This document shows positions 22,931 through 33,790 of a stretch of DNA of 64,000 bases, in pieces. Origin of the DNA: Chrysemys picta bellii (taxonomy: Eukaryota); assembly GCF_011386835.1 (NCBI RefSeq), contig NC_088792.1, forward strand, positions 193,688,001 through 193,752,000, given 5' to 3'. Every line of letters begins with the position of its first letter. Position 1 is the first letter of the stretch. Below the pieces are notes generated by a model, which was given only the letters and a program-made list of their open reading frames with translations, was not told the origin of the DNA and did no database searches. The position numbers and the translations under genes were made by a program.

Positions 22931-24294
22931 AAGTGTGTTGAGGTCCTCCAATAGAAGGTGCTATATAAGGATAAGGTGGTGTTTGTTAATTTTCTAATAA
23001 GCAGTGTCTTCTGAGAGAGCTAAAAGGTTTACTAGTTTAGGGGGTTGGGTGAAGAGCATACTCCCTCTCCATTGACTTATCAATGATTCCCATTCTCTTT
23101 GCAGAGCATAGGTCTTTCAAATGCTATTTTATTCACATTTAGAAAATGCGCAGCTCCAGAGTCTCAAAATATATACACTTAGAATTAAAATAGTAATAAA
23201 TACATAACTTATAAACTGTCGCAGCAGAAAAGACATTTACACATGTGCCATTCAACCCTCACCCTCAGGCAATATGTGATCTTCGCTCCAGGAAAGCCAG
23301 GGGAAACAGGGACACCCTATAGCATGACCTGGACTTCACCAAATCTGGGTTCTGGCAGATAGAGGGAGGGAAATATTAAGGAGTTGGGTCCCCTCACATC
23401 AATACCCTGCTAGCAGATTCCTCCCATTTTATCCATGGACCTATTGGCTTGAGTACCTTAGATTGCAATTGCCATGGATTCATGAGGACAGAAAGAGCCT
23501 TTGCAGTTAGCTTCATATTGTAAGTCTAAACCAACATCTTACACTATCCATAAATTAGCTGGCAACCAATGGAGATGTGCTTCCTGCATGGAACACAGCT
23601 TTAGTGAATGAGCAGCTGCATTTCACACTAGCTTCACATTCTGAGGTGTTTGAACATGTAGTTCATGTACAACATGTTGCAGTAAGGCCATGGATGACTG
23701 GAGAGATCCATATCTGAAAAGCTGCAATTTTCTTGCTAAATTAAGAATGCTTTACACCATTTGCAACTTCTACCTGAATATCCAGTAGCAACTGGGGATC
23801 CAACAAGACAGTTGTACTGGATAAGTAATGGTGGATATGCCCCCAGTGCATTGTGTTTTTCATCAGTTCAGTCTTTCTTTGTTTGAGACTAAACTTTGCC
23901 ACAAACCTCTGCAAGGCTCGGGTCGGAAGACCTAGAAATACAGGTCTGGGTGTCATCAGGATACTGAAAGCACCACAGACTATATTTTCTCTCCAACTGT
24001 CCTAATGGTTTCATTTACACATTGAGCACAAAATGTGACAAAACAGTGTGGAACTCTGTATAAAAGGGTTATTGATGTAGATGGCAATTTCCCAGTGTTA
24101 TCAGGACAAAAAGGAAGGAAGCTATTCAAAAGCAATCTTATTTAGGTTTACTGTGACCCATGAATATATCAAAACATTCTCATGGTCAGCAGTATCAATG
24201 ACAGCTGATAGATCTAAAATGATCAGGATGAATACTCAATCTTCATTAATAACCAGGAGACAAACCTGTGCAGTCTTTGTATGATGCCCAGGCT

Positions 24295-26008
24295 GAAAAA
24301 AGGGAAGAAGGAGAATCTGGGGAACTACAGACGGGTCAGCCTCACCTCAGTCCCTGGAAAAATCATGGAGCGGGTCCTCAAGGAATCCATTTTGAAGCAC
24401 TTGGAGGAGAGGAAGGTGATCAGGAACAGTCAATGAGGATTCACCAGGGGCAAGTCATGCCTTACTAACCCAGTTGCCTTCTATGATGAGATGACTGGCT
24501 CTGTGGGTATGAGGAAAGTGGTGGACATGATATATCTTGACTTTAGCAAAGCTTTTGATATGGTCTTCCACAGTATTCTTGCCAGTAAGTTAAAGTATGG
24601 ATTGGATAAATAGGCTAAAACATGGATAGAAAACTTGCTAGATCTTCGGGCTCAATGGGTAGTGATCAACGGCTTGATGTCTAGTTGGCTGCCACTATCA
24701 AGCGGAGTGCCACAGGGGTCTGTCCTGGGGCCAGTTGTGTTCAACATCTTCATTAATAATCTAGATGATGGGATGAATTGCACCCTCAGCAAGTTCACAG
24801 ATGACACTAAGCTGGGGGAAGAGGTAGATTCGCTCCGGACCCTGTCCCTACACTCCAGTGTCCTAGACAAATTGGAGGATTGGGCCAAAAGAAATCTGAT
24901 GAGGTTCAACAAGGAGAAGTGCAGAGTCCTGCACTTAGGATGGAAGAATTCCATGCAGTGCTAAAGTCTGGGGACTGAGTGGCTAAGTGATAGTTCTGCA
25001 GAAAAGGACCTGGGGATTACAGTGGATGAGAAGCTGGATATGTTGCCAAGAAGGCTAACGGCTTATTGGGCTGCATTAGTAGGAGCGTTTCCAGCAGATC
25101 GAGGGAAGTGATTATTCCCCTCTATTCCGCACTGGTGAGGACACATCTGGAGTATTGTCCAGTTTTGGGGCCCCCAACTACAGAAGGGATGTGGACAAAT
25201 TGGAGAGAGTCCAGGAAAGGGCAACAGAAATGATTAGGGGGCTGGGGCACATGACTTATGAGGAAAGGCTGAGGGAACTGGGCTTATTTAGTCTGCAGAA
25301 GAGAACAGTGAGGGGGGATTTGATAGCAGCCTTCAACTATCTGAAGGGGGGTTCCAAGAAGGATGAGCTAGGCCAGGAATTGGCAACCTTTGGCATGTGG
25401 CCCGCCAGGGTAAACACTCTGGTGGGCCGGGCCAGTTTGTTTACCTGCCACGTCCGCAGGTTTGGCAGATTGCGGCTCCCACTGGCCAAGGTTCACCGCT
25501 CCAGGCTAATGGGGGCGGCGGGAAGCGGCGGCCAGCATAACCCTCGGCCTGCGCCATTTCTCGCCGCCCCCATCGGCCTGGGACGGTGACCCGTGGCCAG
25601 TGGGAGCTGCGATCAGCTGAACCTGTGGATGCAGCAGGTAAACAAACTGGCCTGGCCCTCCAGGGTGCTTATCCTGGCGAGCAGCGTGCCAAAGGTTGAC
25701 GATCCCTGAGCTACGCTGTTCTCAGTGTTGGCAGATAACAGAACAAGGAGCAATAGTCTCAAGTTGCAGTTGGGGAAGTCTAGGTTGGATATTAGGAAAA
25801 ACTATTTCACTAGGAGAGTGGGAAAGCACTGGAATGGGTTACCTGGGGAAGTGGTGGAATCTCTATTCTTCGAGGTGTTTAAGGCCAGGCTCAACAAAGC
25901 CCTGGCTGCGATGATTGATTTAGTTGGGATTGGTCCTGCTTTGAGCAGGGGGTTGGACTAGATGACCTCCTGAGGGCTCTTCCAACCCTAATCTTCTATG
26001 ATTCTATG
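24295..26008 (+). mobile_element. CR1 LINE, 5'-truncated, with nested hAT MITE
   Basis: RT motifs ([26 protein letters not shown]) with stops and frameshifts, and a 3' tail CTTCTATGATTCTATGA. Interrupted at 25374-25708. Confidence 0.93.
25374..25708. mobile_element. hAT (Charlie-like) MITE, 335 bp
   Basis: TIRs CAGGAATTGGCAACCTTTGGCA / TGCCAAAGGTTGACGATCCCTG. The 8-bp TSD is AGCTAGGC/AGCTACGC, and CR1 sequence resumes on both sides. Confidence 0.9.
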
Positions 26009-27303
26009 AATACCGAATGGACTAGGGTGGAAAAGACCTGAGCATAACAGGTACTGCTGAAGCTGTTCTCTACTCTGTTGTAGAGTCACGATCCCCCTCC
26101 ACCCCCCCCCCCCCCCCCGATGATCCGAGACAAGGTGATAACTGTAGCAACGGTCAATATCAAGAGATGATTTCTTCAGCAAAGGTCTAACAATCACCTT
26201 TAAAGAAACTGTCCCCTTGCTTTTCTGAAGAGAGAAAGAGAGACAGTGTTTCTGATAATGGCCACAGTATCTCCTTACTAGCCTTCTCCAGTCTAAAGTG
26301 CCATGAATTTAACTCCTAGTCTGCAACTTCCAGAAACTCAGGAAGTATCAGCAGCTTGAACTGAAGCAAAAAAGACTTAGTTGGTTTTCACCAGATTTGA
26401 TCCGCCACTATGGATGCAGATATTTTGGTCCAGATTCAGCTAATTGTATCAGCAAAAGAAGTTGCAAATTGTCACAGCAAGAAACAATTGCCTCAGTAAG
26501 AAAATTCAAATAAACCAGATCTACCATTTCCCCCCTCCCCCCTCCCCCCACACACACTCAGAACAGTTCCTGTAAGTGGGACTTACGGATGCTTTTGGTC
26601 GTGATGTGAAAAAAAGATTTCTGCTTCTTGCACAACCACATTAGTTTTCAAAAGTTCTTTATGCATGGCTGGCCTTAGGGAAAATGGCACGCAGTGGGAC
26701 CTTGTCTTTTGGCATCCCCAGGCCCTGATACCTCCCCATTGCATTGAGCTCCCTTCCGTGGCCTCACACCCCAGGCTGCCCCATTCCTTGCCTCTTGACC
26801 ACAGTGCCCCGGGCAGTCATCAATGTTGTCCACCGTTAGGCCAAACTTGTCTATGCCACAACAAAGCAGATTTGAAATGAGACTTGTGCAACAACCCTTT
26901 ATAGCAGTCTTTCTTCTCACTGTGTTTGTAGCAGTCACTTGCCTTTTTATTGAATCGCAAAACATGAACATACAAAAAAAAGTAAATATTGGCAGTCCAG
27001 TGTCTTATTTGAAGATTGAAAAGGGAGGGTGGGGAGAAGGAGGGGGAACCCAAATGTTGGGAAATGTCTTTTAAACTACATATTTAATCTTTACCTAGAC
27101 ACTTTTATCAGGATAAATACACTTTTATACTTTTAAATTGCAAATAGACATATTATTAAAATAATGTTGTAATGCCACCACAAAACAGTCTGTTTTTGTA
27201 CTGTGGATATCTTTAAATTGTATTATCTTGAGATAGATTGTTCCAGTTGCTTTAATTGCAGGCAGTAACCTCATGTTGTACCCAATATATTTTTGTCTTT
27301 CAG

Positions 27304-27357
27304 TTGTAGCAAGTCTAATCATCCTACATCTGTCTGGGGCAACAAAAAAAGGAACAG
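27304..27357 (+). CDS. NETO1: NETO1 coding exon 2 (IVASLIILHLSGATKKGT, signal peptide)
   Basis: TTTCAG| acceptor and |GTATGT donor, 54 nt, phase 1-1. The translation matches the NETO1 signal-peptide region. Confidence 0.96.
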
Positions 27358-27690
27358 GTATGTTATGTTATTTATGGTGTATAGTCTCAATTTCTGGATA
27401 CCTGTTTAGATATTTAAATATTTCATAGTGTACTCGTATGTATTTTTTGCATCAATAAAGTGAACTGATGAAAATTCAAATAAAAATTATTTTATAAATT
27501 TGCAGATTGCAAGAGCAGGCACAGGGTCATCTAATGCTATGGGAGGTTATTCTGAGTAAGGTCGATTAATCATAGTTAACTCACGCGATTAACTCAAAAA
27601 AATTTATCACAATTAAAAAAAATGTTTTTCTACATTTTTCAAATATTTTTATGCTGAATACAAAGTGTACCAGTACTCACTTTATGTTAT

Positions 27691-28187
27691 CAGAGGGATA
27701 GCTGTGTTAGTCTGTATCCACAAAAACACAAATCAGACATCAGGAATAGTAACCTACAAAAGCAAGTAGGAGAACACTTCAATCTCCCTGGACTCTCAAT
27801 AGCAGATTTAAAAGTAGCCATCCTTCAACAAAAAAACTTCAAAAACAGACTTCAAAGAGAAACTGCAGAGCTACAATTCATTTGCAAATTTAACACCATT
27901 AATTTGGGCTTGACTAGGGATTGGGAGTGGCTGGCTCTCACTACAAAAGCAATTTTCCCTCTTAGTATTGACACCTCCTCATCAATTATTGGGAGTGGAC
28001 CACATCCATCCTGACTGAATTGGCCTTGTCAATACTGATTCTCCACTTGTAAGGTAACTCCCTTCTCTTCATGTGCCAGTGTATTTATGCCTGTATCTGT
28101 AATTTTCACTACATGCATCTGAAGAAGTGGGCTTTTTACCCACAAAAGCTTATGCCCAAATAAATCTGTTAGTCTTTAAGGTGCCAC
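27691..28187 (+). mobile_element. Penelope-like element fragment nested in the left hAT arm
   Basis: An inverted 37-nt tail piece is followed by the forward GIY-YIG C-terminus (GEHFNL...KVAILQQKNFKNRLQRETAEL), UTR and tail. TSD-like CACTTTATGTTAT (27678-27690) / CACTTTATATTAT (28185-28197). Confidence 0.85.
28115..28155 (+). ncRNA. Degenerate hammerhead motif in PLE tail (core G12 lost)
   Basis: GCAT-CTGAAGA-A-GTGGG-CTTTTTA-CCCAC-AAAA-GC-TT-ATGC, with GAAA mutated to AAAA. Confidence 0.5.
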
Positions 28188-29219
28188 TTTATATTATGTT
28201 CATTACAAATATTTGCTCTGTAAAAATGATAAACAAAAGAAATAATATTTTTCAATTCATCTCATACAAATACTGTAGTGCAATCTCTTTATCATGAAAG
28301 TGCAATTTACAAAGGTAGATTTGTTTGTTTGTTACTGCACTCAAAAGCAAAAATATGTAAAACTTTAGAGCCTGCAAGTCCACTCGGTCCTACTTCTTGT
28401 TCAGCCAATTGCTCAGACAAACAAATTTGTTTACATTTTCAGGAGATAATTCTGCCCACTTCTTGTTTACAATCTCACCTGAAAATGAGAACAGATGTTT
28501 GCATGGCACTCTTATAGCAGGCATTGCAAGGTATTTACGTGCCAGATATGCTAAACTTTTGTATGCCTCTTCATGCTTTAGCCACCATTCCAGAGGACAT
28601 GCTTCCATGCTGATAGTGCTTGTTTAAAAAAATTAATGTGTTAATTAAATTTGTGACTGTACTCCTTGAGGGAGAATTGTACGTCTCCTTCTCTGTGTTT
28701 TACCTACATTCTGCCATATATTTCATGTTATAGCAGTCTCGGATGATGACTCAGCACATGTTCATTTTAAGAACACTTTCACTGCAGATTTGACAAAACT
28801 CAAAGAAGGTACCAATGTGAGATTTCTAAAGATCTAAGAATCTGAAGTGTCTTCCAAAATCTGATCAGGATGGGGTGTGAAGCATGCTTTCAGAAGTCTT
28901 AAAAGAGCAACACTCCATTGCAGAAACTACAAAACCCAAACCACCAAAAAAGAAAATCAACCTTCTGCTGATGGCATCTGACTGAGATGATGGAAAATGA
29001 ACATGCGTTGGTCTGCACTGCTTTGGATAGTTATTAAGCAGAACCCATCATCAGTATGGACACATGTCCTCTGGAATGGTGGTTGAAGTATGAAGGGACA
29101 TGTGAATTGTTAGCGCATCTGGCATGGAAATATCTTGCAACACCAGCTACAACAGTGCCATGTGAACACCTGTTCTCATTTTCAGGAGACAGCAGAAACA
29201 AGAAGTGGGCAGCATTATC

Positions 29220-29342
29220 TAGGGTGACCAGATGTCCTGATTTTATAGGGACAGTTCTGATATTTGGGACTTTTTCTTATAAAGGCACCTATTACTCCCC
29301 CACCCCGTCCCGATTTTTCACATTTGCTATCTGGTCACCCTA
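29220..29342. mobile_element. 123-bp hAT-type MITE nested in the right hAT arm
   Basis: TIR TAGGGTGACCAGAT / ATCTGGTCACCCTA, with exact 8-bp TSD GCATTATC. Confidence 0.92.
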
Positions 29343-29940
29343 GCATTATCTCCTGCAAATGTAATCAAACTTGTTTGTCTGAGTGATTGGCTGAACAAGA
29401 AGTAGGTCTGAGTGGACTTGTTGGCTCTAAAGTTTTACATTGTTTTATTTCTGAATGCAGTTATTTCTTGTACATAATTCTACATTCGTAAGTTCAACTT
29501 TCATGATAGAGATATTGCACTACTGTACTTGTATTAGATGAATTGAAAATACTATTTCTTTTATTTTTACAGTGCAAATATTTATAATAAAAAATAAAGT
29601 GATCACTGTACACTTTGCATTATGTGTTTGTAATTGAAATCAATATATTTGAAAATGTGGAAAACATCCAAAATATTTATATAAATAGTATTCTATTATT
29701 GTTTAAGAATGCAATTCATCATGATTAATTTTTTTAATTGTTTGACAGCCTAGTAAGGACTATCCATTCAAGCCCTGGAGCCCAACCCTGTTCCCACTGA
29801 CGTCAATGGTCAAACTCCCATTGGCTTCAATGTAAGCAGGTTTAGGCCCTTAATAGGAACTTATTACCTTAAATAGTTTATAAGTGTACTAAATACTTTG
29901 TGTGATGTGATTCTCCCTCCCCCCCCCCCATTTTAAGCAG

Positions 29941-30078
29941 AAAAGCAAACCACTTCAGAAGGGCAGAAACCAGTGCAGTGTGGAACTTGGACAAAATATG
30001 CAGAAGGAGGCATCTTCACTTCTCCCAATTACCCCAACAAGTATCCTCCTGACAGAGAGTGCATCTACATTATAGAAG
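29941..30078 (+). CDS. NETO1: NETO1 coding exon 3 (start of CUB1: [46 protein letters not shown])
   Basis: A polypyrimidine tract and AAGCAG| acceptor, and a |GTGACC donor; 138 nt, phase 1-1. Contains the CUB motif FTSPNYP. Confidence 0.97.
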
Positions 30079-30199
30079 GTGACCAGCAAGTGACTCCCAT
30101 TCTTCTGAGATTAACTGGGTTTTTCACAAATAATGTCTTTCATCTCATATATGTCTGGGAATTTGTGTGATAATTCTAAACATTGGAAAATATGTTTGA

Positions 30200-32750
30200 T
30201 AGTTTAGTCAATTGGGAGAAAAGATTTAGAGAAGCAATTCCTTGACATCTTAAATGATTGCTTTGTGGGAAAGGTACTTGTAGTGCGCACAAGTGAAGTC
30301 TTGACTAAATCTGAAGCAACACACGGTTATCTATGGATAACTCACTAGCAAATAATGACTACAATGCAATTATGTAAACTCACTTGGGGAACTGACTGTA
30401 TCTAAAATCAGTACCATAACATTAAAAGACACTAGAATAAAAAGAAATTAAAATCCTTTGACTCATCATGGAAGCTTCTTAAACATGCAATAACTGAATC
30501 ATGGAAGGTATACATAAAAAGGGTAGCAAGAAGGCAAGATTCAAAACCAACCCAATGCAGCTGAACAAAAAAGTATGTGTGTGAAAGGAGCTTATTCAAC
30601 CCAAACAGGTGCCTGTAATTAAAAAAGAATTAATAATAAAAGTAAAGTGATTCCAATAAAAAGGATTATACGCTATGGCAGGTAACATGGGATTTAGAAG
30701 AATGAATAGCCAAAGATATCAAAACAGCTAAGAAATTATGTAAGTTCATTACAAGCAGGAAGTTTCAAAGAAAGCAATTAAGGGCATTACACACAAGCTA
30801 CATGAATTCTTTCCTTTGCAGCAAAGATACTTGAAAAGATGAGGTCTGGGGAAGGTAATAAAGATTGAGGTACTGTCCGTTTACAGGTGGGTGCAGGAAC
30901 AAACTGATAAGTCATAAGGATCAGTTTCATGTAAGAATTGAGAAGGCAATCAAGATGCTACAGTCCTATGACTATCTAGATATATAGAAACATTAGATAA
31001 GAATGAAGTAACTGAGGGCCAGATATATAAATCTACTTAAATGCAGATAGGTATCTAATGGGATTTTGAAAACCACCTAGGATACCACTGATTTCAATGG
31101 GGTTAGGCACCTGTCTGCATATTTAGGCACCTACGTACTTTAAAAATTTTGGCCCAGAGATGCTAATAGTATGCTATCTTATAAAAATCTGCTACCATAC
31201 TAGGAGACTGAAGGGCAGCAAATGTTGTATCAATCTTTTTATTTTTGAAAAATAAGTGAGACAAGGTGTGGGAGGTAATATCTTTTATTGGCCCAACTCC
31301 TGTTGGTGCAAGAGACAAGCTTTCATAGAACTCTTCTTAAACCAGGTGGTAGAGAGGATCTTGAGAGCGCCAGACTACTGAGCTTTACTTTACCAGGTAA
31401 ATTTATTAAAACAAGAATTAGAGAGAATTATAAAATGCCAAGATGAATATGATATGGGGACAAACAAGCATGACGTCTATAAAGGAAAACTGGGCTTCTC
31501 GAATCAACTAGAATTCTTCCTGCTCAAGAATCTGTTAAGGAAACTAAGCAGTCATGAAGTAACAGGTTAAGTTCTGTCATAGATTAGAAATTGGCTAAGA
31601 GAAAAACAAAAGTAGGTCAGTTTTGAAAATGTAAAAGATTATTTCACTTCTTTCAGTTACTGTGATACTTATGCTCCTAGAATCTGAGCTTCTTGCATAC
31701 ATTAAGGTATGCATCCTCACAACATCCTTTTGAGGTTTCTTATCCCCATTGGACTGGAGATGAATGGAGGCACAGTGCCATTTCTCAAATTTACAGAGGA
31801 AGCTTGTGGAAGAGGTGAGACCAAAGCTCTCATCTGGTGCCTTACCACAAGACTATCTTTTCTCTGAACAATGGGGTACCCAAAGGATCGGCCATTATTA
31901 TTTGAATATATTTACAAATTATCTGGAAAATGGGAGTGGACAGTACTGAGACAAAATATGCAGTTTACATAAAATGATTTAGGACAGTCAAAACTGCAGA
32001 AGCATGTGGAATTTGAGAAGCATGTAACTAAGATAGGCAAATAGGTTGCAAGATGCAGATGAAGTTCTATGTTGACAGATACAGTGCAATGTACAGTGTA
32101 AGGAATAATTTTGAATTCATACACATTACTGGGTTCTAAATTAGATGTAGCTAACTAACAAAACAAAGCACAAACCTAGGTGTCCTTGTATACAGCACAC
32201 TTAAGTTATCTCCTTAATGCACAACTGCTGTTTGTTTGTTTAAAAACAAACAAAAAACCTGAATATTAGGATGTACATGGAACGAGATGGGGGGAAAAAT
32301 TGCTGAGGCCTTCTGATGACATTATGGAATATGATAGTAAGCTCTCCCCTTCAATGCTGTGCTCAGTCCTGGTCTCGCTCTTTCTCTTGGTCTTAAAAAT
32401 AAATAAAGAGGTAGGACAAGAACAAGTCAAATGGTGGGCACCACAATGAGTAGAGGAGTGGTAAGATTTCCATAATAAGAGAAACTGAAAAAAATTGTAA
32501 TTGCTTAGAGAAGAGACAAATAAATGGGGACAGGATAGCACTCTATAAAATAATGGCACAGAAAAAGTAAATTGTGTTCCTTTTTTACTCTTTCTACAAG
32601 ACATAAGCATGACAGTCAATGAAACTGAAAGAATACTTTTAAATATCATATTACTCCTTGTCACAAGATGTTGAGGGTTTTCAAAACAAAGATTAGACAT
32701 TGATATGGATAAGAACATTTAAAGTTACATACAGTATATATTAGAGACAG
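30200..32750 (+). mobile_element. Ancient, heavily degraded CR1-like LINE remnants
   Basis: Scattered RT-like traces (~31440-31520, ~31850-32170) and 3' region (~32420-32710). Boundaries are approximate. Confidence 0.55.
31258..31345 (-). repeat. Short PLE-related tail fragment (second family; a related piece at 32747-32825)
   Basis: The reverse complement reads ...GAAGAG..GAAAGCTTGTCTC..CCAATAAAAGATATTACCTC, a decayed relative of the hammerhead-bearing tail. Confidence 0.5.
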
Positions 32751-33539
32751 GTGTGGGTGAGGTAATATCTTTTAATTTTGTCTTTCTAATATCCTGGGAC
32801 CAATATGGTTACAAAAACACTGCATATAAGGGGGACGTGTTTTGTTTTAAATGAACGAATGGCTGGTAAATTTGGTAATGCCATTTAACCCACATCGTGC
32901 AGATGACACGGTCTATTCTGTGGAAATCTCTCTAAAGTTTACAAATAGGACGTAGTAATGTAGAATTCCCATACAAGATCCATCTAATTTGGTATCTTGT
33001 CTTCAACAGCAGCAACTACCAGAAACTTCAGACAACAGTGCTAGAATCCCTATAATGAATAGTAAGGAATAAAGTGCACGTAGGAGAAGGTTCAAGCTAA
33101 TCTCTATCTCTGTGGATGATTTATGCCTTTGTATTCAAAGCCCTTATGTGCCTTATACATTGTTATCCTATCTGATGTAACTTGTGACAATGAGTTTCAT
33201 AGAAAAATATTTTTAAAAGTATTCTTTCAATTCCAATATAATAATATAATAAAGAATACATAAAAATATAATAGGCCAATAAAAACAATAGCACAAATCC
33301 TGAAGTCTCTACTGAGGCAAAATTGCCACTGACTTTAATGGGACTGAGTAAAAGCTTCAGAATTTGTCCTGTTGTACTGAAATGGTATTTCATTTTGCTA
33401 TAAAATAGAGTTTCAAAATACTGTAGCTCATCTTAAATGTATGCCACTCTTTTAGCATTTTAAAATTGCTTTGATAAAGAATAGGTGTCCACAATAGGTG
33501 CCAATAGTAACTAAATGGGGGAGGGAGGGGGAGTCTGTT

Positions 33540-33790
33540 AGACAGTTCTTTAATCTAGCCTTCAAAGATGTAACAACATCCAACAGCTGGAAGCTGAAGC
33601 CACACAAATTTAGACTCTTAAAATAATTACATCTTATTTCTAGTCAGGGTAATTAACCATTGGAACAACTAGGGATGTGGTGGTTTCTCCATCACTAGAA
33701 ATCTTGATTTAAAGTTTGAATGTTTTCTAAAAGAGATTATGGGCTCGATGCAGGAATTTCTGCATGAAGTTCTATGACTTGTGTTAAATA
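33540..33790 (+). mobile_element. Old CR1-like 3' region
   Basis: AACAGCTGGAAGCTGAAGC...AGGGTAATTAACCATTGGAACAACT...TCTCCATCACT, similar to 37600-38215. Confidence 0.6.

Larger units (their letters stand above)
27562..29752. mobile_element. Fold-back non-autonomous hAT element: two inverted copies of the transposase 3' end
   Basis: hATC dimerisation-domain remnants lie on both strands (28390-28608 on -, 29056 onward on +: CPLEWW...LA(R/W)KYLA.PA..VPC..LFS.SG). The right end is TGACAGCCTA. A partial TSD GTAAGG lies at 27556-27561 and 29753-29758. Confidence 0.85.

Noticed and set aside
1610-26008. Segmental duplication between the CR1+MITE composites at 1610-2790 and 24295-26008
   Set aside because: Different MITE subfamilies, different deletions and unrelated flanking sequence.
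28390-29343. hAT transposase ORFs as an active or domesticated gene
   Set aside because: Only the C-terminal dimerisation remnant is present, frameshifted and interrupted by a MITE. The catalytic core is absent.
30079-30170. Exon 3 read-through ORF (29973-30170) as an isoform
   Set aside because: It would truncate CUB1 in the middle, and there is no supporting signal beyond an open frame.
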